64,000 nucleotides of DNA. Source: an uncultured virus (IMG/VR IMGVR_UViG_3300048609_000040). Lineage: Duplodnaviria > Heunggongvirae > Uroviricota > Caudoviricetes. The notes beneath the pieces were generated by a model, which did not search any database, had not been told where the DNA came from, and saw only the letters and a program-made list of their open reading frames with translations. The position numbers and the translations under genes are program-made. This document shows, piece after piece, positions 31,388 to 41,294 of the stretch. Position 1 is the first letter of the stretch; every line of letters starts with the position of its first letter. The stretch lies in IMG/VR virus record IMGVR_UViG_3300048609_000040; one strand, written 5' to 3'.

Positions 31388-32827
31388 ATGAAGCTGAAGT
31401 CGCAAGTATTGGGCACGTTTGCGTTCCCAAAGGACTTTGAGGTCGTCCAGGACGCGGTCAGCCCGGCCACGTTGAACAAGTGCGACATCACGGGCGGCAA
31501 CAACAAGTACTATGTCATCGAGAAGCACATCTCGAAGGACGGCAAGAAGTTCCGGCTCTACAGCCGGTACGGTCGCGTCGGGCATCACGGTACCGAGGAG
31601 GAGCGTATCCCGTTGCAGGATCGCGGCTCACTCGACGCCGCGTTCAACAGCCTGTTCGCCGAGAAGACCAGCGACCGCAAGGGCTACACCCTCGTCAAGA
31701 CAGCAACGTCATCCATGGGTTCCACTGTGGCGCAGACATTGATCCTGTCCGACGACGTGAAGAAGGACAAGGTCATCACGACCGACGGTAACAGCAAGTG
31801 CTCAGCGCTCAACCTGCACACCTCCATTGAGAAGCTCGTCACCCGCCTATACAACGAGGCAGGCCAGGCGGTACGCAACCAGCTCTCCGGCACGCTCAAG
31901 ACCACGGTCGAGAACCCGTTGGGGACGCTGACCCTAGCACAGATCGACGAAGGCCGCCGCGTTCTCCAGGCGACCCAATCACTGCTCACCAAAAAGCCTG
32001 ACCTCAAAGACTCGATCGATAAGACGCTACTCGACCTGTCGAACCAGTTCTACTCGGCGATCCCGCAGACCATGGAGCTACGCCCACGCCCGTCCGAGGG
32101 CAAGACTCGACAGGATGCTTGGCTACGCAAGATGTGCCTCAACAATGCTGAGATTCTCGACTCCAAAGAGGACTTGCTGCAGCTGCTGTCAGACGTACAA
32201 GGTACTGTTGGTGGGTTCGCAGCCACCAACGTCAGCATGAAGTATCTGGAGATCGGCTGCACCTATGACTACTTGGAGCCGAAAGACGACACACGGCAGC
32301 GTATTGAGTCGTATGTTCAAGAGAGCCGATCCAAGCATCACGACTGGAAGTGTACAGTCCTGAACGTCTGGAGGTGCGAGGTAAAGGGTCAGAAGGCCAA
32401 ACACGTTCCAGTAATGAAGGATGTTGGTAACATCAAGCCACTATTCCACGGTTCGGGGCCACAGAACATCCTCGGCATCTGTAAACACGGACTTTTGCTG
32501 CGGCCTCCTGGCGTTTATGTGACCGCATCGATGTTTGGTAACGGCGTTTATTTCGCCGATCAATCAAGCAAAAGTGAACAGTATGCTTTTGGCCGATACG
32601 GCGGCGGACGCGGCCACGGCGACAGTTTCTTTATGTTCGTCGCTGACGTTGCGCTTGGTAAAATCAAGAAATACCAAGCTGCACAAACACATCTGACCGA
32701 GCCGCCTACAGGCTATGATAGTGTTCAGGGTGAGAAGGGTCATTCGCTTGCACACAACGAGTTCATCATCTACAACCTAAAACAACACGTTCTTCAATAC
32801 TTGATCGAGTTCACAACAAGACACTAG
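31388..32827 (+). CDS. poly(ADP-ribose) polymerase-like ADP-ribosyltransferase (WGR + regulatory + catalytic domains)
   Basis: NNKYY...YGRVG...EKT (WGR); PLGTL...QI..G...LSNQFYSAIP (regulatory); LFHGS, MFGNGVYFA..SSKS..Y, NEFIIY (H-Y-E). Confidence 0.92.
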   Translation: MKLKSQVLGTFAFPKDFEVVQDAVSPATLNKCDITGGNNKYYVIEKHISKDGKKFRLYSRYGRVGHHGTEEERIPLQDRGSLDAAFNSLFAEKTSDRKGYTLVKTATSSMGSTVAQTLILSDDVKKDKVITTDGNSKCSALNLHTSIEKLVTRLYNEAGQAVRNQLSGTLKTTVENPLGTLTLAQIDEGRRVLQATQSLLTKKPDLKDSIDKTLLDLSNQFYSAIPQTMELRPRPSEGKTRQDAWLRKMCLNNAEILDSKEDLLQLLSDVQGTVGGFAATNVSMKYLEIGCTYDYLEPKDDTRQRIESYVQESRSKHHDWKCTVLNVWRCEVKGQKAKHVPVMKDVGNIKPLFHGSGPQNILGICKHGLLLRPPGVYVTASMFGNGVYFADQSSKSEQYAFGRYGGGRGHGDSFFMFVADVALGKIKKYQAAQTHLTEPPTGYDSVQGEKGHSLAHNEFIIYNLKQHVLQYLIEFTTRH

Positions 32828-32839
32828 GCAAACCGATCG

Positions 32840-33319
32840 ATGACAGCACGTAAGTTTTGGACAACACGTAACGGTGAGCGTGTCGAAATCTGCGACATGT
32901 CCGACCAGCATCTTTTGAACACGATCCGATTCTTGGGTCGCCGTTTGGCCGCTGCAGACCTTCCACCACCTGTGTTCAACGGAGAAATGGCACAGTACTA
33001 CGCTGACATTGACTACGATCGACTGCAAGCAGCCACGACCGAATTACAGCCTGCATACCACGCCTTACTTGACGAGGCTGCACGTCGCAACTTGACCTCT
33101 TATGGAAGTAAAATTGTGCCTAATTTTGATAAGCTAATCCGGGACGTACAATCGTTGCGTACTGCCGTAGAAGCTGCTCAACTATTGTACGAACGCGGTT
33201 GTTGTGACAGAACCGTCACGCATTTGGAGAACGTCCAAATCATCGCGCACGCAATCGATCGCCACGCAGAAAGCTTGCGTTGCCTGCTTGAAGGAAACGA
33301 TCACACCACCAAAGACTGA
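32840..33319 (+). CDS. conserved phage hypothetical protein
   Basis: WTTRNG....I.DM...HL.N N-terminal motif. Confidence 0.7.
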   Translation: MTARKFWTTRNGERVEICDMSDQHLLNTIRFLGRRLAAADLPPPVFNGEMAQYYADIDYDRLQAATTELQPAYHALLDEAARRNLTSYGSKIVPNFDKLIRDVQSLRTAVEAAQLLYERGCCDRTVTHLENVQIIAHAIDRHAESLRCLLEGNDHTTKD

Positions 33320-33351
33320 AGCACAAGTCTCGTACCTGACCGGAGAGTTGT

Positions 33352-33993
33352 ATGAAGATCGGTGTTGTCATTGTTGTTATGACCGCGGCTTCGGCTTCGA
33401 CTGCGTCTGCTAATCCCTACGAAAGCCGTGTGCTATCCAACGCTGAAGTGTTAGCCGTTCAACAACACATCGAGGAGGGCATCATAGCTTGGCGGGATGC
33501 ACGTTTCGAGGACGCAATCAAGGCGTTCCGGCCCCAGATTGGGTTGCTACGAGAAAGCCAAACGATGTTGGTCGTACGCCCCGCCTTGTATGACCTGCTT
33601 CGTGATGCGTTGGTCTACACTGCATTGGCCTATCACAGGCTTGCTAAGGGAGAACGCCCCGCCTATGGTAACCGCGCCTGGGTGGCTCGTTACGCAATGG
33701 CTGAGGTGATACGGAACTACCCAGAACGGTTTGACCGTAAGCGGTACGGCCCTGAAGCTTTTGCGCTTCATCAACAAACGCAAAAGTGGTTGGACAGCGG
33801 CAAACAAGGAAGACTAATCGTGCTCGCGTCCAAACCCGACGCATGGATTTTCATCAACGGCCGCTTCGTTGGTATGACAAGGCACTCAGAAACCGTCTAC
33901 CCAGGTCGATATTGGGTGTGTGAACGAGGAACCGTACGCCAGTACGTAGCAGATGTTGCTGAAGGTCAAAAAGTAGTTTTGCGAATTGAATAG
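33352..33993 (+). CDS. secreted protein with C-terminal PEGA-like domain
   Basis: Signal peptide MKIGVVIVV...ASA; L.V...PDA.IFINGRFVG.T. Confidence 0.6.
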   Translation: MKIGVVIVVMTAASASTASANPYESRVLSNAEVLAVQQHIEEGIIAWRDARFEDAIKAFRPQIGLLRESQTMLVVRPALYDLLRDALVYTALAYHRLAKGERPAYGNRAWVARYAMAEVIRNYPERFDRKRYGPEAFALHQQTQKWLDSGKQGRLIVLASKPDAWIFINGRFVGMTRHSETVYPGRYWVCERGTVRQYVADVAEGQKVVLRIE

Positions 33994-33994
33994 T

Positions 33995-34759
33995 ATGACG
34001 AAAGCGACAAAAGCCCTTCCGACGCTCGCAGAGTGTGAAAAAGCCCTCGGTGAGAAAGCCAACACTTGGGTTGCCCGTTGTTATGAAATCTCGCGGCGTA
34101 TTGTGAAGACAGGACTTGTAAAGGGCGAAGCCGTCTATGGACACTGGCTTGGTCCGGTACATCCTAGGAGTCACTTCGCTAATAGACGCGACAAGTTGCC
34201 CTTCATCCAGCACGGCTGGATCTTACTTGACGATGCACACGTACTCGACCCAACCCGCTGGGTGTTTGAGGCGAAGAAACCATATCTCTACACTGGCACC
34301 GTGCCTGATGATTGGGACGTCACTCCGTGTAAGAACTGTGGCCTCCTCGAAGAGGAACACGATGAGGGGCACAAAGATGATTGTGGCTTGTACGAAGTCG
34401 AGCAATGGCCCTATGACGAGGGGGGCAACCGGTGGCGTAGTAGGATGGGACCGCCTGCACCTGTCCCGAAGCCACACGATCAGCGGCTCACCTTTCGAGT
34501 AAGCCCACGTATGGCAACCTTCGTTGCTGCCTTACTTGGCCAGATCGACGGAACGAGACTTACCTCGGAGCAGATCTTTTGGCTTGCTAATCTGCCTTAC
34601 CAGACCATTACGAAGGCAGGCAACGAAGCTGTGAAGGAAATCTACGAAGCCATCTGCAGTGTACACAGGAGCTTCATCGGGTTCATCCCGATCGATAACG
34701 CGAACCGCGCACGACGTGAGTGGGGGTTCAATCCCAAAGTAGTTTTGAGAATCGAGTAG
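33995..34759 (+). CDS. hypothetical protein
   Basis: C...QHGWI....DPT triad-like pattern; ends KVVLRIE like the upstream gene. Confidence 0.7.
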   Translation: MTKATKALPTLAECEKALGEKANTWVARCYEISRRIVKTGLVKGEAVYGHWLGPVHPRSHFANRRDKLPFIQHGWILLDDAHVLDPTRWVFEAKKPYLYTGTVPDDWDVTPCKNCGLLEEEHDEGHKDDCGLYEVEQWPYDEGGNRWRSRMGPPAPVPKPHDQRLTFRVSPRMATFVAALLGQIDGTRLTSEQIFWLANLPYQTITKAGNEAVKEIYEAICSVHRSFIGFIPIDNANRARREWGFNPKVVLRIE

Positions 34760-34762
34760 CTA

Positions 34763-35383
34763 ATGTCATTGAAGAATACGATAATGTCGGAGTTGCAGGC
34801 GAGCCCAGACTGGTTAACGGTCACGCAATTCATTGACCGTATTCGTATCGCCCTGCCCACACACGCCTTACCTATACATTACGCAACTGTCGCCCGTGCA
34901 TTGCGCAAACTGCGCGCGGAGGGAAAAGCGGTGGCGCGATGGGCACCCAACAGTCAAGCACATCACGCCTGCCGTGAGTGGGCGTTCGTGCGCACACCAC
35001 AATCGCCAGTATCAGCACCAGTTGCATCTATTGGAGACATCATGCAGAAGCCGACTCTTGTTGCTGCCATCGAAGCTGTGATCAACGAGTTTGTTGCCGC
35101 GCAGCGCGTGTTTTCAGCGCACGACGTGACGAACGAGGTGCGAAAGCGTGCTGCTACAGTCGATCCCGTAGAATGTGGAACCGTCCACGTAGACGGCAAA
35201 GACACACCGCGGGTTGTCCACGAAGAGGTCCGCGACTTCATCCACGACTTGTATGGAAACGGGAAGATCAACGGCTACGAGCGTAACCACAACGGTTCGT
35301 ATTGGGTCTACAATCCTAGCAAACCCACTGTTGCTTCTTCTGCTACTGATTCAGCTAGTTACGACGGAACGTCCTCGTTGTAA
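34763..35383 (+). CDS. hypothetical protein, wHTH-like N-terminus
   Basis: 206 aa ORF. Confidence 0.65.
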   Translation: MSLKNTIMSELQASPDWLTVTQFIDRIRIALPTHALPIHYATVARALRKLRAEGKAVARWAPNSQAHHACREWAFVRTPQSPVSAPVASIGDIMQKPTLVAAIEAVINEFVAAQRVFSAHDVTNEVRKRAATVDPVECGTVHVDGKDTPRVVHEEVRDFIHDLYGNGKINGYERNHNGSYWVYNPSKPTVASSATDSASYDGTSSL

Positions 35384-35742
35384 CACAAGACGTAATCGAA
35401 ACAATGCGTCCAAACATGCAAGAATGGGTAGTGGTCACCGATCTGAAAATGCTCCACGAGCTTCAGCGTCACGGAGTTAGGTCAAAGCATGTCTGGTCTG
35501 CGGAGGATCGTACATATCGTTATTGTGTACCGGCGTGGGCGCTGCAATTTTGGCAGCGTGTTGAGCACACCAAGTACAGATCGGCTCTAAGGTGGGCATT
35601 ACGTCGAGCCGCGTGGGATACGCAGTTTCGTCGCGCGCTGGAGGCAACCTCTGCCAACAATTGTGTAGAGAACTTCGTCCTGCAACAGCGTTTCGTCCTG
35701 GAACAGCGCTTTTAGCAGCAAAATCAACAACATGTAGAGAAC

Positions 35743-35810
35743 GATCGTAGTAACGATCTTACTTTTGTGGTTTGTTACGGGTTGATTTTTGTCATACCAT
35801 TTGTTAGAGT
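35743..35810 (+). promoter_or_regulatory. GATCGT-N4-ACGATC palindrome plus TGTCATAC box and TG-T-TAGAGT -10
   Basis: Palindrome 35743-35758, box 35790-35797, -10 at 35805-35810. Confidence 0.65.
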
Positions 35811-35825
35811 GTAGCTGTTTGGACA

Positions 35826-36114
35826 AGATTGAATCGATACCAGATCATCGAGGGTAGTGCCTGGGAAAGCCCTCGTGCAGAGGTCAACTGATGGCGGACC
35901 TCCAAGAGTCAAAGGCGGACTCTATGAGTGCCGGCCTAGCCGTTAAACCAACCGTTCGGTGATTACCAGGACAGCAGAACTGTTGGTTACACGGTAGCCA
36001 TCATGAGTAAGAGCCAGCCCTCGTACCGGAGCGATCCTGTCTAGACCCCACGGAACTCGGTGGGTGAGGATTTCACAATGATGGTACGAGGGCGCCGGGA
36101 AACCGGTTTCAATT
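35826..36114 (+). ncRNA. candidate about 290-nt structured RNA or 5' leader
   Basis: Many perfect stems incl. 11-bp GCCCTCGTACC/GGTACGAGGGC; directly downstream of a predicted promoter. Confidence 0.65.
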
Positions 36115-36118
36115 ACAG

Positions 36119-36565
36119 ATGGAAGAAAGTAAGCATATGGTTCCACCAACACGATCAACTGATGCTTGGTTGTCTCGACCTGACGCAGCCAAAGCACTCG
36201 GAAGTAGTACCAGCTACATTGGCACGTTGTCGCGTCGGAAGAAGATCCGACGCAAACGCTTTCAGGACGTACCTGGGCGCTACGTGTACTCGAAGGCAGA
36301 CGTTCTTGCGCTAGCTGCGGAAAGAGAACAGTCGAAGCTGCGGTCGAAGCCGCAGTCGGAGGCGTCATTACCGCTGATTCGTGTGACGAAAGCGGCTACG
36401 TCTCCAGCGTTGAAGACGTTCGAGGTACATGAAGTCAGCACTCGGATGCCTCCCAAGACCGCACAAACAGCCGTTCAAAAGGCGCGTTGGGTGTTCGAGG
36501 GCGTCGATATGGGCGTCATCGCCACCGATGACGCGTTGGGATTACTACGTAACGTCCTCAAGTAA
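36119..36565 (+). CDS. excisionase/MerR-like HTH DNA-binding protein
   Basis: WLSRPDAAKALG.S...I..L.R...I...GRYVYSKADV. Confidence 0.65.
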   Translation: MEESKHMVPPTRSTDAWLSRPDAAKALGSSTSYIGTLSRRKKIRRKRFQDVPGRYVYSKADVLALAAEREQSKLRSKPQSEASLPLIRVTKAATSPALKTFEVHEVSTRMPPKTAQTAVQKARWVFEGVDMGVIATDDALGLLRNVLK

Positions 36566-36576
36566 CGGAGCATTGA

Positions 36577-37230
36577 ATGGCGAACAAGCTGCTGACTGGC
36601 CTGTCGTGGGCCAAAATTGAGAGTTTGTGTCATACTCTTCGTAGGAACCAGCGTACCGAAGATCTGAACCGTGCTCTTCTCTTCCGCACGTTACGAGACG
36701 ACAAGCCGTGGACGGATCGCAGACGCTACGCGTCACAAGCAGCCTTCGACCAGCTCTCATGGTACTCCTTCAACCAAGTTCTCCTCCTACGACTAGGCGA
36801 GAATATTCGAGAAGTACACAATACGCTGTGTGCCCTCGACGTGTTTGGTGAAAAGGCATTCAAGGAGTACGGACGGGATGCCCTAGTCCGCATCTACAAC
36901 CGAACACAGAATCCGCGGCTACATACGCGAATCTTATATACCCTGGGGCACGGAGGGTACCCGTTCTCGATCGCGGCACTCACCAACATCCTCAACGAGC
37001 TTGTGCCGTTGAAGAAGCACTCCGATCTGGTACAGACACTCCGAGAAAAGAACCATCTACTCAAAGCAGAAAACAGCAAGCTGAAGTCGCAAATCAAGGC
37101 ATTGAAGAGGGAGAATGAACGTCTAAGACGTGAGCGTGACGCACGCGTGGAGTACGTTTGCACAAAGAACCACGCACACAAAAACGGCCACGTCTGTACC
37201 AAACCGTCGAAGAACCGTCAGAAAAAGTAA
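36577..37230 (+). CDS. hypothetical protein with C-terminal coiled coil
   Basis: 217 aa ORF, GGAG RBS. Confidence 0.65.
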   Translation: MANKLLTGLSWAKIESLCHTLRRNQRTEDLNRALLFRTLRDDKPWTDRRRYASQAAFDQLSWYSFNQVLLLRLGENIREVHNTLCALDVFGEKAFKEYGRDALVRIYNRTQNPRLHTRILYTLGHGGYPFSIAALTNILNELVPLKKHSDLVQTLREKNHLLKAENSKLKSQIKALKRENERLRRERDARVEYVCTKNHAHKNGHVCTKPSKNRQKK

Positions 37231-37240
37231 AGGCACCACG

Positions 37241-37714
37241 ATGGATGTAAGGATCAAGAAAGCGATCAACAAGTCAGTCGAGAAGGCAGTCGCAGTTCAG
37301 TCGCATCGCGCAATCAAGACTGTAGCCAAGCGTACAGTCAACCAGTTGATCAAAGTAGAGGTCAGACGAGCGGTCCAAGCAGCTGTCGAGAAGGCAGTCG
37401 ACGCGCGGATGATAGAAGTCCTTGCGGATGTGGCGGCGCTACGCGCCAAATTCAACACCGAAGGAACGGTCAAGGTCAGCGGCGCCCTGAGCCCCGAGAA
37501 GGTGCAGGGGCTGCTGGTTGACATCCTTGACCCAATCCGTGGTGTGCGACAGGTGGGGCGCCACTGGGTCTGTGTAGCCTGCGAGCACAAGTTCGACACA
37601 GCCCGCAGCGCGTCAGCCCATACGAGACATTGCCAGGCCGCATCAAAAAGACCCCAGCAGCGCAGACATGTGGTAGAAAGGGAGGCAAGCAAAAAGCGTG
37701 TCGCCAGGAGCTGA
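37241..37714 (+). CDS. basic protein with C2H2-like zinc finger
   Basis: CVACEHKF......AHTRHC. Confidence 0.6.
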   Translation: MDVRIKKAINKSVEKAVAVQSHRAIKTVAKRTVNQLIKVEVRRAVQAAVEKAVDARMIEVLADVAALRAKFNTEGTVKVSGALSPEKVQGLLVDILDPIRGVRQVGRHWVCVACEHKFDTARSASAHTRHCQAASKRPQQRRHVVEREASKKRVARS

Positions 37715-37923
37715 CGGATGCCTGATTACGATCTCGAAACTGTTCAAGCTGCGGTCACGGCGGCTGGGAAAGCTGGTCGTTACGACCTGGCCCAAGAGAT
37801 CGTTGATCTGGCCAAGTCCGATTTGTGTGTTGTCTGTGCTCTTCACTGGTCGACCATCAAAGTAAACAGCGATTATGGTGTGCTGCAAGTCTGTGCAGCC
37901 TGCGCCGAACCCTACGGGACCAC

Positions 37924-38474
37924 ATGAAATCTTACTCGGCAGCTGTCTCTCATGGACCCTACGCCACCATTCCCAATGGTTCTTCAGCGTGGCTGAGGAG
38001 ACAAGTAGTTCTCGATACCGTCAGGGCTGTGAAGATCACACAAGTGTACTCTTCTTGGACAAACGACGCCCATCATCTGCACATCACCGTGTGGCTTTAG
38101 GTAAACACGTGACCGGGAAGAATACGAACTTTTACTCAGCAGCTTTCTACTATCCTGGACCCTACGCCAACAGCCCCGACTGCTCTCCAGCAGCCGAGTG
38201 TGCCCTACTTAAGGCCGAGAAAGCAGTTTTTGGTGTTGCTATCGAGGGTGTGAAGATCGTACATGCCTATTCCTGGACAGACGGTTCCCTCTACATGTAC
38301 ATCAAGACCAAATTGGACAAGCCGCAATTGAAGGCAGTACTAGATCAGGCTCTTCAAGAAAGACAGTTGTATGTAGACGAGCTTGTCTTGGTTGAAGCTG
38401 ACTACAAAACGCACAAATTGAACTTGAAATCAGACGATCACGATCACTTGACCGTTGCGCAGCTATTCGAGTAG
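37924..38474 (+). other. tandem paralogous ORFs 37924-38100 and 38109-38474
   Basis: YSAA...GPYA..P..S...VKI...YS.WT shared by both. Confidence 0.65.
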
Positions 38475-38525
38475 TGACCCGCCCTGACATCTTTACACAT
38501 TCGCGATAATACCTCAGAAAGCTGA

Positions 38526-39059
38526 TTGATGATCGGGACGAACGATACACAGACGAACAGCGTACAACATGTGCGGCCAAGCTGGGATGAGTACTTCCTA
38601 GAAGTAGTAGAGGCAGTACGTAAACGCGGCAGCTGCAACCGCGGCAGAAACGGTGCCGTGATCGTTGTCGATCGCCACATCGTAGCGACGGGCTACGTTG
38701 GTGCGCCTGCAGGTTGCAAGACCTGTGACGAGGTTGGCCACCTCATGAAGACCGTTTTCGATGATCGTGGTGGGCAACACCTTCACTGTGTCAGAACGGC
38801 GCACGCAGAAAGTAACGCAATAGCACAAGCCGCTAAGAAGGGCATCGCGATCGAGGGCGGTACCATGTACACGGGGATGGTCTGCTGCTTGGACTGCTGC
38901 AAACTGCTGATCAACGCTGGTATCCGCCGTGTGGTTGCTCTCAAGCGCTACCACGCAGATCACGACTCTATCATACTGCTACAAGAAGCTGGTGTCCCGT
39001 TGGTTGTAATCAACGATACTGAAGAGTGTTACACAGCCATGCGATCAATCGACGAATAG
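38526..39059 (+). CDS. dCMP deaminase
   Basis: RPSWDEYF, SC.R...GAVIV, HAE.NAI, CxxC. Confidence 0.92.
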   Translation: MMIGTNDTQTNSVQHVRPSWDEYFLEVVEAVRKRGSCNRGRNGAVIVVDRHIVATGYVGAPAGCKTCDEVGHLMKTVFDDRGGQHLHCVRTAHAESNAIAQAAKKGIAIEGGTMYTGMVCCLDCCKLLINAGIRRVVALKRYHADHDSIILLQEAGVPLVVINDTEECYTAMRSIDE

Positions 39060-39074
39060 GGATAGAAAGGAATT

Positions 39075-39530
39075 ATGAGTCAATCAACTAACGCAATTCT
39101 TTTCTACGGCTACTGTTGGGAGGAAGAAACCTCCACTCCATGGACCATCGGCGAAGACTATGACGAGGATGTTGATGAGGAGAATGATGATTGGGAGCAG
39201 CGGTACGCTGCGGCCAAAGGCATAGCAAAGCCGACGTCTACCTGTAAGGGTAGCTACACCGCCGCGGAGACCGCTTTCTGGGAGAAGAAGCGCGAACTGG
39301 TGAAGAAGTCCGGCTGCGAGGTCGGTTATCACTGCTCAGGGGACTGTCCGATGCCTTACGTGGCGGTCTCAGCGTCAGAGGTCACCTCCCATCGGGGTTC
39401 GATGAAAGAGATCAAGAGCCTCGACGTGAAACCCGAATGGGATAGTTTGTTAGCTGATTTCTGTGAGAAGCTAGGTATCAAGACCGAAGGACTCAAACCG
39501 TCCTGGTGGTTGGTCAGCTACTGGGGATGA
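39075..39530 (+). CDS. hypothetical protein
   Basis: AAGGA RBS; 151 aa. Confidence 0.7.
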   Translation: MSQSTNAILFYGYCWEEETSTPWTIGEDYDEDVDEENDDWEQRYAAAKGIAKPTSTCKGSYTAAETAFWEKKRELVKKSGCEVGYHCSGDCPMPYVAVSASEVTSHRGSMKEIKSLDVKPEWDSLLADFCEKLGIKTEGLKPSWWLVSYWG

Positions 39531-39953
39531 ACCGATGCCTTTGTTTCACTGCAAAAGTTGTCATCACGAGTGGGAGGGTGCAGAGGATACTTGGACCTGT
39601 GAGTGGTGTGGTGCGCAGGGCTATGTTCTGGCGCCGCATACTGCTTTAGAGAACATGCTCTCGGCAATGCAACCAGACCTTGACGGCTATGAACCGCTTA
39701 CGTGGACTGAACGAGACGCTGCAATCAAAGGTCAGATCCCGCCTTACGCACAACTTCTTGGGTGGGTTCGCCGCTGGGAGGTCACCATTCGTGATGCGCT
39801 ACGCCAAAGCAAAGCAACGCAACAATTGGCAGCATCAGTTCGCGAGCTGACAGATGATCAGCTGTTGGCTGCACTTCGTAATGTCGGTTGTGATCTAGCG
39901 TGCGGTGCGTGCGCTGAGCTTTTCTTCACCGGTCACTCCAACAATGATCATAC

Positions 39954-40772
39954 GTGTACAAAGTAAGACAGTTGGAAAATGTCATGGATCTAGATAAGCT
40001 AAACTCCCTCACCAAGTACCCGTCTATACCGACCTACCACGCGCTCAGAGAGAAGGGTCGCATTGCAGCTGATGCTCAGCCGCAGGTATCGTTCTGCGAT
40101 GAACAAGCCCTCACCACCGAAGATGAACAAGACCTCATCATCACCGAAAAGGTGGATGGTTGTGGTGGGCGCATCATCGTGCTACCAGATGGCGATTGGT
40201 TGATCGGATCACGTGAAGAGCTACTTACAGCACGTGGCGACCGCATCCCAAATAGTGTGTTACGAATTGTCGAAGCGCTTCAGCCGCTCGCCAACTTCGT
40301 ATGCGAGGGGTTCGTCAGGTTCGTCCTCGAAACCACAGCTGTAGTCGTGTTTGCGGAGGTCTACGGCGGCTCAGTCACCAAAAACTCAAAGCAGTATACA
40401 CAAACGAAACAACTCGGCTACCGCGTCTTTGACATTGCCTATGTGCCTTTGGAGATGCTAGACAAAGACCGTGCTGAAATTGCATCTTGGCGCGATCACG
40501 GAGGGCAGCGGTTTGTCGACGAGGTTGCGTTAATCAGATACGCGACTACACTCAACTTTGCTCTTACACCACGTTGGGCTGCGAGTACTTTACCACCAAA
40601 CCGACCTACAGATGTTGCAACCTGGCTCTACCAGTTCAGGTACAGCCAATGTGTTCTCGACACAGGAATGGAAGGCGCAGCTGAGGGTGTCGTCGTCCGA
40701 ACACCAACACGTTCCAAGATCGCCAAGATCCGCTTCGACGACTACAAAAGGATTGCCGAACCGTGGCGATGA
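39954..40772 (+). CDS. Rnl2-like RNA ligase
   Basis: TKYPSIPTYH, TEKVDG, IGSR, AEVYG, FDI, EGVVVR, KIAK. Confidence 0.85.
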   Translation: MYKVRQLENVMDLDKLNSLTKYPSIPTYHALREKGRIAADAQPQVSFCDEQALTTEDEQDLIITEKVDGCGGRIIVLPDGDWLIGSREELLTARGDRIPNSVLRIVEALQPLANFVCEGFVRFVLETTAVVVFAEVYGGSVTKNSKQYTQTKQLGYRVFDIAYVPLEMLDKDRAEIASWRDHGGQRFVDEVALIRYATTLNFALTPRWAASTLPPNRPTDVATWLYQFRYSQCVLDTGMEGAAEGVVVRTPTRSKIAKIRFDDYKRIAEPWR

Positions 40773-40779
40773 GGATGCG

Positions 40780-41274
40780 ATGAGGATGAGAGATGGAGGG
40801 ATCTGGACAACAAAAGAAAATCGGTGGCCGGACGCAAAGATCAAGCAAGCAAAGCGCGAAGAGGTAAATAGCCGATTGCGGGTAGCCCAAAGCGACATCG
40901 AGGATCTAGAAGAAGATCTGGCGGCTAGGAAAACTGCACAAGACAACCAGTGGCATCTCTATTGTGAGTTGAGAGAGAGCATCAAACACGACCAGAAAAA
41001 GCTTGATGACACGCTGACGGAATACCGGCACATTGCACACAGTCTCGCCTTGTCAGAACGCCAAGTCGAACTACTACTGGCTGAAATAAATGAGCTGAAG
41101 GACGAGCTGAACAAATTGCATAGCCGTGCCTCAGTGAAGTCATCACTCAAGGCAGTGCCACTCAAGGCAGTCGCAGCAGCAAAGGTCAAGACAGTCACAG
41201 CAGCAAAGATCAAGGCAGTTGCAGACGAACCTACGGACTCTGATGTGCGATTCAGTTTGTTGGAACTTGACTAA
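40780..41274 (+). CDS. coiled-coil protein ending RFSLLELD
   Basis: Heptad-rich; flanked by 16-bp repeat GACTACAAAAGGATTG (40740, 41275). Confidence 0.65.
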   Translation: MRMRDGGIWTTKENRWPDAKIKQAKREEVNSRLRVAQSDIEDLEEDLAARKTAQDNQWHLYCELRESIKHDQKKLDDTLTEYRHIAHSLALSERQVELLLAEINELKDELNKLHSRASVKSSLKAVPLKAVAAAKVKTVTAAKIKAVADEPTDSDVRFSLLELD

Positions 41275-41294
41275 GACTACAAAAGGATTGTCTG

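Noticed and set aside
35826..36114. RNase P RNA or tmRNA identity for the structured region
   Set aside because: GGGAAAG is present, but the GAGGAAAGUCC/P4 pairing and tRNA-like ends are missing.
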